A DNA stretch of 64,000 bases, from assembly GCA_028534125.1 (NCBI GenBank), contig CM052818.1:5334001-5398000 (forward strand). Direction: 5' to 3'. The stretch is from Lama glama. Taxonomy: Eukaryota. Shown in pieces: positions 13,454-26,450 of the stretch. The translations under genes were made by a program, and so were the position numbers. The notes beneath the pieces are model-generated. The model searched no databases, had not been told where the DNA came from, and saw only the letters and a program-made list of their open reading frames with translations. Every line of letters starts with the position of its first letter. The stretch's first letter is position 1.

Positions 13454-14429
13454 CCATGAATATGAAAACTCCTCTCCGTGCTTTGGTGTCTTCACCTGCC
13501 CTACGCAGTTAAGCTGCACTTTTCTCATGCCTGAAGCTCATCTTTAATGCACTTAGCACTGTCCAACATTCATGCCCCTTACGAGGAAGCAGATGTTGGG
13601 CTGGCATATGGTACCCACTCATAAATTTCTCTAACCTTTCCCTGGTGTACCAGTCACAGGCGATGATGGGTTCCAGTGACCGGCCTCCTTAGCTTTCCCC
13701 GAGGAGCTCTGGAGCTCGGGTCCCATTTGTTCACCTCGGGTGGGTGAGCCAGTGCCGCGGGCATCCATCCACTGACAGCAGGCCCAGATGGAGGCAGCGA
13801 GAGGCCAGCAGGTTGGATCAGGCTCTGAGAGCTGCACCCAGCAGCCCATCTGGGACAGCCAGGGCTGAGGAGCTAGTGGTCCTCCGCAGCCTGCAGGTGG
13901 CCATTGGAGGGACCCAGCCAAAGGCTTCAGCTGCGTAGGGTACTCAGAGCTGAGTTGCACTGAAGAAAGGGGATGAATGGCAAAAAAAAAAAAAAAAAGG
14001 CAGTACTAATTAATCAAGCCGGATGCAAGTGCTCACAGATTAGATCACAGAACATCCAGAGGTGTCTATGAAGGTGGAAGGAAGAAATTCGTCTCCTGAC
14101 ATCAAAAATCACAGAGAATGCTCATCAGCCCCCTTCCTTCTGAGGCCTGCAAGGCTCAGGTGTTCTGATCGCATACGATCCTGCACTGGCACCTATTCTT
14201 CTTTTAGCTGATTTGCTTCAGTCTTGTCTCCTGATGCACACTGCAAACAATTTGAGAATGCAAACCATGTTGTCTCCGAAAACATCCCCTCCCTTATGAA
14301 GCACCTAACACAAACCTGAGCACACGCTATGCACTCATAATCAGGCATGGACTGAACGACAGATGGAAGGCCCCCACCCCTGATTTTTGTCACATCAGCA
14401 GTGGTAACTAACACCGATGTTACACCTTG

Positions 14430-14610
14430 TCGTGTTCATACAGTCACAGTGGATAATCCGCTTTCATATGCGATGCCTAATTTGATAGATTATTATGCCT
14501 ATTTTACAGAAAATCACCCTGAAACCACTGTTTGAATGATTTGCCCAAAGCCATAGAGATTTTAAATATAAAAGGATAGAATTCAGGTTCCCTGACTTAT
14601 ATTCCAGTTG
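14430..14610 (-). mobile_element. MIR SINE
   Basis: attatgcctattttacagaaaa...tgatttgcccaaagccatag. Confidence 0.6.
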
Positions 14611-15096
14611 TAGCTAGAGTTCACCTGTACCTTAGTTCTAGGATAAGGTACTGGTTTTTTTCTTTAAAAAGGAATTCCGGCAGGTAAGCAGTCACATGTA
14701 TGTATTTTAGTAGTAGGGTGGTATCAGAAATGCTCCAGAAATTATGCTGAGCCATCAGTGTGGAGCCCCAGCTGCCCTGCTGTTCTTCCACTGGTCCATA
14801 CTCATGTGCCTCTTCTGTGCCGGACGCTGACCCCATACAGTCCCACAAGGAGCACAGCTAATGGGGGAGCTGGAAGGGTAAGCATAAAAATAATAAACAC
14901 ATCCCATGCTAATAGTCTGTGTGATCAATGAGATCGCAAAGGAAGATCCCCCGGCCCTGACTGACCCATGGGGAAAGGGCTTCCCAGGGCGTGCTCATTA
15001 GGCTGCATCTTGCAGGATGGAGAAGGGGCATGAACTAGAGCTTCAGGCAGAGGAACAACGTAAGCAGGAGATGAGGCATGAAAGAACATGGTGTTT

Positions 15097-15366
15097 CTGA
15101 CAAACCATAAATGCTGGAGAGGGTGTGGAGAACAGGAACCCTCCTACACTGTTGGTGGGACTGTAGTTTGGTGCAGCCATTATGGAAAACAGTGTGGAGA
15201 TTCCTTAAGAAACTGATGACCCAGCAATCCTAATCTGAAGAAAACTCTAATTCGAAAAGATACATGCACTCCAATGTTCACAGCAACACTATTTACAATA
15301 GCCAAGACATGGAAGCAACCTAAATGTCCATTGACAGATGACTGGATAAAAAAGATGTGGTTCATA

Positions 15367-15445
<79 letters not shown>

Positions 15446-15924
15446 AAATACTACTCAGTCATAAAAAAGAATAAAATAATGCCATTTGCAGCAACATGGA
15501 TGGAACTGGAGATTGACATACTAAGTGAAATAAGCCAGACAGATAAAGACAAATATCATATGGTATCATGTATATGTAGAAACTAAAAAAAAGACACAAA
15601 TGAACTTATTTATAAAGCAGAAACAGACTCACTCACAGACACAGAAAACAAACCTATGGTTATCAGGGGGGAAATGGGGTAGGAAGGGATAAATTGAGAG
15701 TTTGAGATTTGCAGATGTTAACTACTATATATAAAATAGATAAACAGCAAGTTTATATTGTATAGAACAGGGAACTATATTCAATATCTTGTAGTAACCC
15801 ATAATGAAAAAGAATGAGAAAATGACTATAAGTATGTATATGTATGACTGAAACATTATGCTGTACACCAGAAACTGACACAACATTATAAACTGACGTA
15901 CTTTGATAAAAAGGGGGGGGAAGA
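15097..15924 (+). mobile_element. Lineage-type (camelid-like) L1: ORF2 C-terminus plus 3' UTR, with TSD
   Basis: gccaagacatggaagcaacctaaatgtcca (AKTWKQPKCP), atgccatttgcagcaacatggatg and the 3' UTR; gaaagaacatg at 15080-15090 and 15925-15935. Confidence 0.92.
15367..15442 (+). repeat. Compound microsatellite (TAAA)9 TA (CA)19 inside L1
   Basis: Read directly from sequence. Confidence 0.97.
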
Positions 15925-16859
15925 GAAAGAACATGCCATTTTGGTAAACTTTGAGTTGACTTCCATCCTCCACTTTGATATTTTTCCTATGTATTCATCT
16001 GTTCTTCCTAAAATTCATTCAGTCAACAAATCCCCATCAGGCATGATGTTACACCAGATACTACCATTCCTCAATTTCTGACCCCATTTTCTGGTAACCT
16101 CACATCTGTAGAACTACAGCTCCTTCTCTATCATGGACCACAGCTCCTGGCGGTTCAACAGCTGCTTTGTGAGGACGTGTTGATGTGTATTTATGTGAGA
16201 GGCCCTCTGTTGGGTGCCGTACAAGGTCTAAAACTCCATAAAGCAATAACCCTGTCTTCAAGGAGTTTGAATTCTTGTAAGGAAGACAAGACAGGGATGA
16301 AAGTAACTATAATTTATGGCGTAATATAAGTGCTACAGAGGAGGTGTCAAATGATTTATGGGCATTTGCACAGGGTAATAGAACTCCATTGTGACATGGT
16401 TCATTAGTACATGCGTTTGGGTATGCTATAAATCAGCTCTCTGGCTACACACAGAAACAACAAGTGGCTCAATTAGGAGCAGGAAGCCTTCTTTTCTAGG
16501 TGAAGCCGAGATGGCAGAACTAAGACCCAGATTTCAAGATCAGCGGCATCTTTAGTGGCTCCACAGCTCTCCTCCAGGTCCAAGACAGCGGGATGGTGGC
16601 AGCTGACATGGAAAAAGGGAGCTGAGACGCTAGGGTCAAAATCCAATGAGTCATGATCACAGGCAGGGTCAAAGGAGTATGTGGAGTTTTTCTATAATGT
16701 CACACACGGAGGTGGGAGGTACACTGCAGAACCAGACCGCCAGTTGGGATGACCACCTGGGCTGAGATGCAGAGAACTTGGGACATGGTCGGTCCGGTTC
16801 ATTCTAGGGCTGTCTCGTAACTCCCATACAGGGTTCATGACTTTGTTACCATCTCTACA

Positions 16860-17514
16860 CAACCTACCCTGACTTCCTCTGAGATCTACGTTTGTGTATC
16901 TGCCTGCTCAGCCCTTGCCCCTGGGTATCTATTTCAGTGTTCCCAAGACTGGTGTCATCCTCCATGCTTCTAAACCGCTCTCTTGTGTTTCTCTAATTGT
17001 TCCATCATCAGTCACTTACCTAGTTATAGAGTGAGAAACCCAAGAGGCATTCTGGTCACTGCCTTCTCCTCTTTCCCCATGGCCAAACTATTCCCAAAGA
17101 TGTAAATGTTCCTCTGAAATCTCTTTTGATTGCATTCACTTTTTTTTTTCCATCTCAGTGGCCACCGCTCTGATGTAGGGAGGCTGAACTACTGTAGTTG
17201 CCTCCCAGCTGGTCCTCCCACAGCCATTCTGACTACTCTACAATCTATTCCCCACACCACTCTCAGAGGAATCTCTGCGAAATGAAAACATGACTGTGTC
17301 ACTCCTCTGGGTCTGACATGCCCGTTGTTTCCCATTGCTCTGAGAATGAAACCAAAATCATTAGCATCAAGGGTCTTGCTTCATCTAATTTAACCTGCCT
17401 CATCTGATCACCCATGTTTCTCCCAAGCCTCCTGTAATCCAACCACCAAGGCCTCTCCTTGGTATCAAACCTGCCACACTCCCACCTTGTTGGGCTGCAC
17501 CCCGCCGACCTGCA
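16860..17514 (+). mobile_element. L2 LINE, 5' piece (interrupted by LTR)
   Basis: actactgtagttgcctcccagctggtc...caatctattccccacac...gtgtcactcctctg...ttcccattgctctgagaatgaaacc. Confidence 0.75.
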
Positions 17515-17519
17515 CACCT

Positions 17520-17858
17520 TATAGTTGCCACATCTCGAGGACCAAAGAAAGAGCCTGGAGACAGTGACAGAGACTTCAGAGGTTTACTGGACACGGACTC
17601 TTACACAAAGAGTCCGGAGCGACACCCCACCGTGCGCGGCAGACGGCAGGCAGGACAGGGCAGCAGTCTTTGCTACCAAGGGGAGAAGGAGGCTAACTTT
17701 TACAGGGGGAATTGAAGCCAGGTGGGCTTAGTTACCAGGGACTAATTAAGCCCTATAATTAAGAGAATTGGATAGTCTTGCGGGTGAAGCAGGGCCTGGT
17801 CCAGCAGGGGACGTACTGATAGCAGGAGAACAGCCATCTTGAATGGCCTGACCATACA
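17520..17858 (-). mobile_element. ERV-type solo LTR (~339 bp)
   Basis: Minus strand starts TGTATGGTCAGGCCATTCAAGATGGC, contains TATA-like tgtaaaag and AGTAAA, ends ...GGCAACTATA (decayed CA); flanks cacct/ctcct; interrupts an L2. Confidence 0.7.
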
Positions 17859-17863
17859 CTCCT

Positions 17864-18308
17864 GGCCCAGGGCACTGGCTCGTGTGTCTCCTCGGGCTGG
17901 GATGGTCATCTCCCCCCTCCTGCAGCCACTTCCCATGACAACTGGTTCACCCAGACCCACCTTTGACATCTTGCTTCAAGACCCTAGAAATGCTTCTCCT
18001 AAACTCCATGTCCACTCCTCTTCCATCAACGGTAAATTCTTTCAACTCACGTTCTCCCAGGACTGTTTCTTCCCAGCACACTAATGTCAGTTTATAATTA
18101 AATTTATAAGTAAATGATCTAAATAATTACTAAAAATAAATAAATGTTGTAATTTATCAACAGGATTACTTAGTAACATCTGTCTTTCCATGCAGACTGC
18201 AGTCTCTATGAGAACTGCATAGGCTTTTTCTTCCCTTTTATCTCTGGTGACAATCAGAGTGGTTGGGCGTGTCCTAGGCACTCAATACATATATGTGAAA
18301 TGAATAGT
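17864..18308 (+). mobile_element. L2 LINE, 3' piece
   Basis: cctggcccagggcactggc... ending taggcactcaatacatatatgtgaaatgaat. Confidence 0.6.
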
Positions 18309-20494
18309 CAAAGCACAAGTGAATGCAAACCCAAGAGAGAGGAGAGTGTGAGAAGTCAGGTGGAGCAGAGTGAAGGGCAAACACAAAAGTCCCCAGGAAG
18401 GGATGGGCAAACTCTAGGCTTCTTTAAAAGAGGTTTTCTTCCTGTACTGTCATCATCTTCTGTCATAAGCCTAACCCTGAAGGGTTATTTTGAGAGTGGA
18501 CACCTGACAGGGATGTTTTATCAGACATTTCAATGTATGCAACTATGATCCATGGATCTGACTGTGCCCGACGTGTTGCTACACACACGTGATGAGGTGA
18601 TGAAGTCCTGGTACATTTCAGGTGGCATAAAAGCAGTCCAGGCATAGGCTGTTAGCAGTCCATTTAACTCTTTCTTCACCTGAACGCCAAGAACTTCAAG
18701 ACACTTCATTGTAAACATCAGCTTACAATTTTATATAAAAATGGTGACTCTAGGAAATTCAAACAATAGAAACAATAACAAACGGGGAAAAAAATCGCAC
18801 CGCTCAGGGATACTACTGGTTAAACAGCTTCCCTAGGGATACATATGTATTTTTTACTACATAAATTAAATCACATTTTACATCAAATCATCATGCTCAC
18901 AAACGGAACTGGTTGGTTTTACCAAAAGATATAATGGAAATGGTTCTTGAAGTTGTTATGACATCATAGATGTAAACCTGCTTGAGGTAACATTCTTAGC
19001 TAAGAAAAAGAAATGATAAATTTTCTAACGATCCTGATTCAAACCCTCCAAATAGTGCAATGCCTAAGAGTCTCAAACTCTTAAAAATGGAAGCCTATTG
19101 AAGGGGTCTAAGAGAAAGATCGTAGAAAGCTAGGGAGATTCTGGGTGTCACCCGTGAACGGTCTTCTGTTAATTCATAGACTGGAAAACCCAGGCTCACA
19201 GAAGAATGGGGATGGGTGGTTAGGAAGGCAGAGACTGGAACAAGTTCCGTGTGCATATTTCATGTGGACATTCTTCATGAGCACTGCAGAATTTTACGGT
19301 GAGAAGCTTGAAGCAAGATTAGCAATTCAGCAGTGGTCAAGTTTGTAAGTCACGATTGTCACTGTCTAGTGGGGCTTCGCGGTCTAAATCTCCAAGAAAA
19401 AAACAAAACAGCTCCATTAGCTGGTGACAAACATCCTTATGCAGTTCTGGAACCGAGGTTTTCTTGATTGCTGACACTTGAGAGAGGGTAGATTCACATT
19501 ATGAAAAGAACTAGTTTCTTTTTTTTTTTTTTTAGGAGATGCAACTCGGTAACTAATTTTTGTCTCTCTCTGCCAGTGTAACCGTTTGAATGTTAATTTA
19601 ATTTTGCAGAATATCATTTATGTAAATGTAATTAGAAGGGAAACATGATCTGGAGATGCACAGCACCAAAGAAAATTTATTACTCCAAGGGGTATTGCTC
19701 TAATCATTCAACTGCAATATTGAGTTTCCCCAGATTTAATCTAAAAGCAATAAATTACAGAAGGCTAATGCCCTGCCCAACAACAGGCTGTCATGAACCC
19801 AAGTCTCAGGGAGGGAAACCAGGAAGAGGAAGAGAAGGAAAAAAAAAAAGAAAAAAAACCTCGAACTTTATTTCAGCAACAGGCTATCAGCAGCTTCAAG
19901 TTTCCTGACATAAAACTCAGGAGAGACAGAGCCAGGGAAAATAAAAAGCTTCATTTTCTAAAGGAGAATAAAATGGTGACTTCCAACCTCCTGTGGCTAT
20001 TCCCTCCAGAAATCTGACCAGGGCTCTTTACTGGTTGCTAAACGTCATTGTAAATGTCCCAAGTTCAGAACCCCATGTTCCCTGACAGCAGAGGGAGAGG
20101 AATCCAGCCAGGATGAAACAGCCCTGTCTCTTCACCTTATGGTGAGGCTGTTCTTTTGTAGAGACAAGGAAAAGACACAGCCTGATTGATGTCAAGGTCC
20201 ACACTACATTCCACTGTGGGCATGCCAGAGAGCCCAGTTCTTCCGGGACATCTTGCCAACACAGGGAAGCCTGTTAAAAGGAAATGCTCTTCAATCGCCT
20301 GCTTCCCTCTTCACGCCGAGGGAGAGGTTATAAAAACAGGGACTTGGTGTTGTACGTGGTCTCCCTGTTGCATAGTCCCATATCTGAACTTGAACATGGC
20401 TGAAACTACCTGATCCTTTAAAGGTGCCCAACAATTGGAAAGAGAAAAAAAAAAAGTCAATCAATCAATCAACAACCTGACTCCACAAAAGAAA

Positions 20495-20650
20495 CCTTCA
20501 GTGAGGTGTTTAAAAATGTCATAGCCTGGGTTCCACCATGGAGCGATGAAATTAAGATTTCTGTGGTTAGAATCAGGCATGGGCATATTTTAAAAGCTGT
20601 CTGCTGGTGACCTGAATGTGCATCCACGGTGAGGAGGATCGTCCTAGATA
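20495..20650. mobile_element. MER5A-like hAT-Charlie MITE
   Basis: gcctgggttccacc...caggcatgggcatattttaaaagct...ggtgacctgaatgtgcatcca. Confidence 0.7.
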
Positions 20651-23600
20651 AAGGTTAATAGCATATAATGGAATGCCTGTGTTCAATTGGTCCTGGTGTC
20701 ATAGGATCATTCTTATGGATGGGATTTCTTGGATGGGACAAAGGTGACAGGGAAATGTATCTTCTCACCGAAGACAGACAGACAATTGCAGCTGGCCAGG
20801 TAGGCAATAGTAATTATCATGTAAAACCACATAATTCCCTGGGACTTTAAAAACTAAATAATAAAAAGCCTTATGTTGTTGTTATTATTTTCTTTATCTA
20901 ACAAAAAACATGTTAAATAATATAACCTATCTCATCTTCTTCAAGTCAAGGAGTTTGAATGAATTTCTGGAAAAAAAAATAATAAAGCCAAATCCTAAAT
21001 AAACTCTCCATCTCTTTCATTACCCAGAAACATCTTGGCTCTGTTTTTGTTTGTTTTAAGTCTTGGAATTTCGTGCATTGGTTGGGCTGTTTAATTCAGA
21101 GAATGGTGTAGCGTCCAAGGCAAATAAATGTTTTCAGAGTTCAAAGATAGAATGGCAGCTAGGTCTCTCAGTATTTCCCAATTTTACATGTGCAGTTTAT
21201 AGTACATAAAAGACTTTTTTTTAATTGGAGCTGTTTTGCTCTTATTTGTTTAGTAAAGGAACTATAAGTTGCACTTCAAACCTGTGCTTTGATGGAAAAT
21301 ATTTCTTAAAGTGGGACTAAGGAAAGTTTGATTTGATGCAAACCGATTTAGGAAAGCATACTAGAGAAGTTCTCTAGTATGGATGACATTTATGAAAATG
21401 GCACATGAACAAAATTTGTCTATAAACACCCTGATTACTTAACAGGAGACAAAAACTAATTGTAACAATTGAGCATTCAGTATGTTCATTGGTTCTTCCA
21501 CCACTCCCAGCCTCCCCACCGTGAACATATACTTCACTATTTGAAGGTATTTGACTTTATCGTCCTCCATTCCTCAAATTAGTGAAGATACTTAATGGGA
21601 TTCATCAATTAGTGAAGACATTGTAGTAGGATTCTTTAAAAGATAGAGGACTTGTCTATGATGTTCTGAAGTATTTAAACAATGGAAAAAGGCAATACTT
21701 TTACGTCCATTGGTCCAGCACTCATTTCACAAAACAATCAGCGGCAGACTTCAACGATTGACACAGGCTGTCTGGGAATCGATGACTTTCGCCCACAGGA
21801 AAAGATAGACTTGAGAGAGAGGAAAAAATACTCTTTCTGACTCCATCTCTCAGAACAATGTCTCTGCTGATTCTGCTACTCTTTAACTGCACTCGCCAAA
21901 CAAAACATGCTGATGGGTCAAACAGAATTAAATTACTCAAACAAGTCAGGTAGAAGAGCATCCTTTGGTACCTGATTGGTGGAAGTTTCAAGTCTCTCCT
22001 CCACTAGTGAGCACGCTTTTCCTATCCTGAAACCATTGGATCTCATTTCTCACTAAACTTTTTTCTTCCAAAGCATATGTCTCAAGAGTCTTAAATTCAG
22101 CAATTCATTAGTACAGCCCCCCTATATTATAGTACAAATTTAATCAGCTAATTATTTTTTCACATTGCAGATTATTAATTATTATTGCCTTCCTCTCTTA
22201 GGAGTCAACCAGACTACACAGAGATGGGGCAAAGTACAACTTATCTTCCCCTTCTTGTTTCAAAAGCTACTACATCATTTCATTGAAAATCAGCAAACAA
22301 TACAATAAAAACAATCAAAACTGGTTTTAATCAGTCATATCATGAGGCAACGTTAAAAGCTTCAGCAGCTTGCCTGAGCTGCAACAACTCATAGAGAAAA
22401 ACATATAGTTCTTCAAATTTTCTGGTTCACTGATCAGGTCACAGCTAAAATTATAATGTCCTCAACATCATCAAACAGTGACACTGAAAAATGTCATCAG
22501 CCAATGACCAGCAATTCCTTGTCCATTGAATTTCAGCCATAGGTACACATCAGATTCTCAAAGTGGATCAAATATTTCCAATTCTTACAAATTCCCAAGT
22601 AATCATACTGCTGAGATAAAATGAAATGCTGAGCAATTCTTCAGGTAATACAGCAACACAGACCATCTAGTCTGGGAAAGGCAGGCCATGTATTCACATG
22701 CCCTCTCCTTTCACTTTTAGTTACAGCTATTTGTCTAGATTGTCTACACTTTGGCCTCAATCTCTCAATTCATCTAACCCATTGAGAGAGCCTTTGCTGA
22801 CTAATATATAAATTCTCATTATCAGCTTACAACAAGGAGAAGCAAATGGTTATGGCCTAATAATAAAATGTGAAGGGGGGAAGAAAAAACCCAGAAGTTA
22901 GATTGTTCCTGGAATCAAATTAGGAAAATTGGGCAGTAAAAGGGAAATACCAAGGTAATCCCAATGGAAAACACCTGAATAATATAAATAGACTTGGTTG
23001 CCTTAAATCCTTTTTGGAATAATGAAGGCTAAACCTGAATACATCCATCCATACTTCTAAACATACACAGGGGTTCAGTAGTTGGCCAAGTTCATACAGC
23101 TATTAATAGTGGATCTGGAACTGGAAACCAAAAAATGCATCTAACCCAAAACCAAAAGTAATTGAAAAGTTTGAATGAACCATCACAAGAGGGTGGTGGT
23201 GGCCCAGGGCCTTAAAGGAAAGAGGGTAACCATAGGAAGATCTGGGGATAGACATTTTAAGCAAAAGGAGCTGCCAGTGCAAGGACTTGAGGTGGGAAGA
23301 GGCAGAAAGTGAAGGTAAAGACAGAAGCCAGCTGGGCTGGAGAAAGCCCCGCTTATCAACCCCATTGTTGTCCACTTGTGTTCTAGTACCAAAGACTGGT
23401 AATGGCCACTTCCCCCTAAAGCACTAGTGACCCCTTTTTATTCCAAAAGGAAAGGCCTTTTGATTCTTTTGGCATTTCAATGGTTAGTGTGTAAGGCAAT
23501 TACTAGCTGGCTAACATTTGAGCAGGATTGATAGATTTCATTTAGGTCAACGTGTGGCTCATGCTTTCCCACCCCAGGAAATTCGCCAAGCTCAGTAGGT

Positions 23601-23778
23601 TATAGGGCAAATAAATGCCATGAGATGTCAGAATTCCTTATTCTTCTTACATTCCTCTGGCCTTCTTGTTTCAGGTACTGCATCTAGGCTGGGAAGCTGA
23701 TGGTGTAACCCCTAGCCTAGGGCTGCACATTTAGACACTTAATATTTAGTAACTGGATCAAGGTAATAGCAGGCTTTT

Positions 23779-24423
23779 TAAAAAAATTTATTTTATCAAT
23801 GTATTTACAATGATTTACAATGTTACAATGTGTTATTTTCTGGTGTACGGCAAAGTGATTCAGTTATATTCATTCTTTTTCAGATTTTTTTCCATTATAG
23901 TTTATTACAAGATATTGAAGATAGTTCCCTGTGCTATACAGTAGGACCTTGTTGTTTATCTGTTCTGTATACAGCAGGTGGCAAACTTCTAATTTATTCC
24001 TTCCTCTGCTTCCCCTTTGGTAACCATAAGTTTGTTTTCTATTGTCTGTGAGTCTGTTTCTGTTTTGTAAATAAGTTAATTTGTGTCATTTTTTAAGATT
24101 CTGTTTCTGTTTTGAAAAATGAGTTAATTTGTGTCATTTTTTTAGATTCTACATATAAGTGATATCATCTGATATTTGTCTTTCTCTGTCTGACTTACTT
24201 CACTTAGTATGATAATCTCTAGGTCCATCCATGTTGCTACAGATGGCAATATTTCATTCGTTTTGTGGCTGAATAGTATTCCATTGTAGAAATATACCAC
24301 ATCTTCTTTATCTAATCAGCTATCAATGGACACAGATTTCTTCCATGTCTTCACTACTGTAAATAGTGATGCTATGAACATTGGGGTGCATGTGTCTTTT
24401 CAAATTAGAGTTTTCTCCTGATA
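23779..24423 (-). mobile_element. Artiodactyl/camelid-type L1 3' end with TSD
   Basis: gttccctgtgctatacagtaggaccttgttgtttatc...tctaggtccatccatgttgct...atgaacattggggtgcatgtgtc; taatagcag at 23764 and 24424. Confidence 0.92.
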
Positions 24424-24544
24424 TAATAGCAGATATTTAAAACATCAAAAAAATTCTTCCAAACACTTTATTTACTACCAGAAATGAAAAATTAAAAGGT
24501 ACAAAATATTGTTTATTTTATAACCTCTATTGTCCTTTTGTTGT

Positions 24545-24700
24545 TGTTCTTTTTTTAAATTGAGGTAACAAACAAAAAAAGCTGTATGTGTTTAATGTAC
24601 ATATTGATGAGTTTGAAGGTACGTACCCATGAAACTGTCACCACCTACAACCCCATAAACAACCATCACCTTTAAAAGATTTCTCCCTTCTGCCTTTTTT
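24545..24700 (-). mobile_element. Old L1M 3' fragment
   Basis: ttttaaattgaggta...tgatgagtttga...cccatgaaactgtcacca. Confidence 0.65.
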
Positions 24701-26139
24701 CAATAAGCATAAGTAAATGTACTGTCTTTTAAAAAGGTGGAATTAATAAAACAAGGTGGATTGGGGGGATAAGATTGGGTGCAGTTTTTCAGGAGCCAAA
24801 TAGCCATTTTGGTAGGTTTTTTTCCTTCTACCAAGAAGACACATTTTGGTGTCATATAGATACAACTCTAAATCTCACACTATAGACAAAAAGCAAAATA
24901 AAAACTATTTTACTTCATGATTGATATAGGCAATTTGTTCAATTCAGGTCCATAAGCAAGTTTATTCAAAACTACCTACAATCTAAAAATTCTACCTGGA
25001 TTTCTAGAGTTCATTTTACTTGAGCTCAGGAAACCCAAGTCTAATAAAAAGTTAAAATAATTCTGAAATTCGAGTGTAATTGTTAGTCTAATCAATCAAT
25101 CATTGTGAAGTTATAATGGCTGCCATGGGGAATGCATTTGACCCAGGTCTAAGAGTTATTTACTAAAACTTCTGTCAAACACTGCTGTTTTCATTATCCA
25201 AGGGCCTTCCTATAGCATATCCATTTATTACAATTTCTTAATTAGTCACTCTAGCAAGGTTTATAATTATAATCCTGCCGCTAATGACAAGGCAATATGT
25301 AATTCCTTAGGAACTGCATTTTTTATCTGATGTTAATTAATGCCCACTTATAAATAGTGACTTAATCATAAAATCCACTTGGTGCTTGAATATAATCTTT
25401 TCATACTCGTTGGAAAACTAGAAGGAATCTGCTCCAAGGCAGCCAGGTGAGTCCAGTGTACTGATTTTATTAACATTTGACCACACGACAGGTTTATTTC
25501 TTGGTGTGAGTGCCATCCATGAGTAATGTTTGGGGCACAGCACCAGCTCAGAACTTGAAGAGGGAGGGGGTTAAGTCTCATTCTTTTCTTCACCCTAAGA
25601 GGCAGCTCTCTGTCAAGATTTCAGCATTTTTAAATGTTGACAAGCATGCACACTCTAAGATGTGCTTTTTCCCTGGCTCATTATGTAAATTATATTCATA
25701 TAATACATCACTTGGGTATTCAAGTGCAAGCCCATGGTGTCTAATACATGTCCTCCTTGTCAGGAGCGACAGCACTGTACGTTTTCAGTAAAGATAACTG
25801 ATCCGGGGAAAGAACAAAATAACTGCTATTTTCAATCAAAACTAAAGAAAGTGCTCTTAGTCTAGAAAAGATGGGATGCCAGGCGAAGGCTGTAAAATAC
25901 ATCTCTGACCTTATTAGCTAGGCTCCTGTGTTAAATATAGCGGCTATAATAGAATTTGTATGCCCCAGTTTCTGACAGGTTGAATGTTGCTTAGTGATCC
26001 AGGAGTGGAAAATGGCTGCCTGCATTCAAAGGAGATCATAGATTATAGACATTTCCTGGGTATTGCAACCAAAGGATGCTGTTACAATGGCTCACAAAAA
26101 GAGACACAGCCTCCTGATGTCTGTACTTGGAAGGGGGCT

Positions 26140-26450
26140 GTGTTTGTAACCTATTACTGTGTTATGAATAACTCTCAAATTATTTCTTTATCTCAAAGTT
26201 GTTTATTTTTCTGGGGGCTGGTAATTTGGGCTGGCTTAGCTAGGTCCTCTGCTTCAGGGTCTCTCACAGGTTGCAATCAAAGGTCAGCCAGGACTGTGGT
26301 CATCCCAAGGCTCAACAGGGGGAAGATCATATCACTTGTGTTAGCAGCAAGTCACTAGGCTCAGCCCACATACAAGGGGTCGGGAATACACAAGGGTGTG
26401 AATAGCAAGAGGCAGGGCTCACTGGGAGCTTAATGGAGGTCTTCCTACCA
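26140..26450 (-). mobile_element. MLT1 (ERVL-MaLR) LTR, internally deleted
   Basis: ggctggcttagctaggtcctctgcttcagggtctc...gcaagtcactaggctcagcccac...caagggtgtgaatagcaagaggcaggg...cctacca. Confidence 0.8.
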
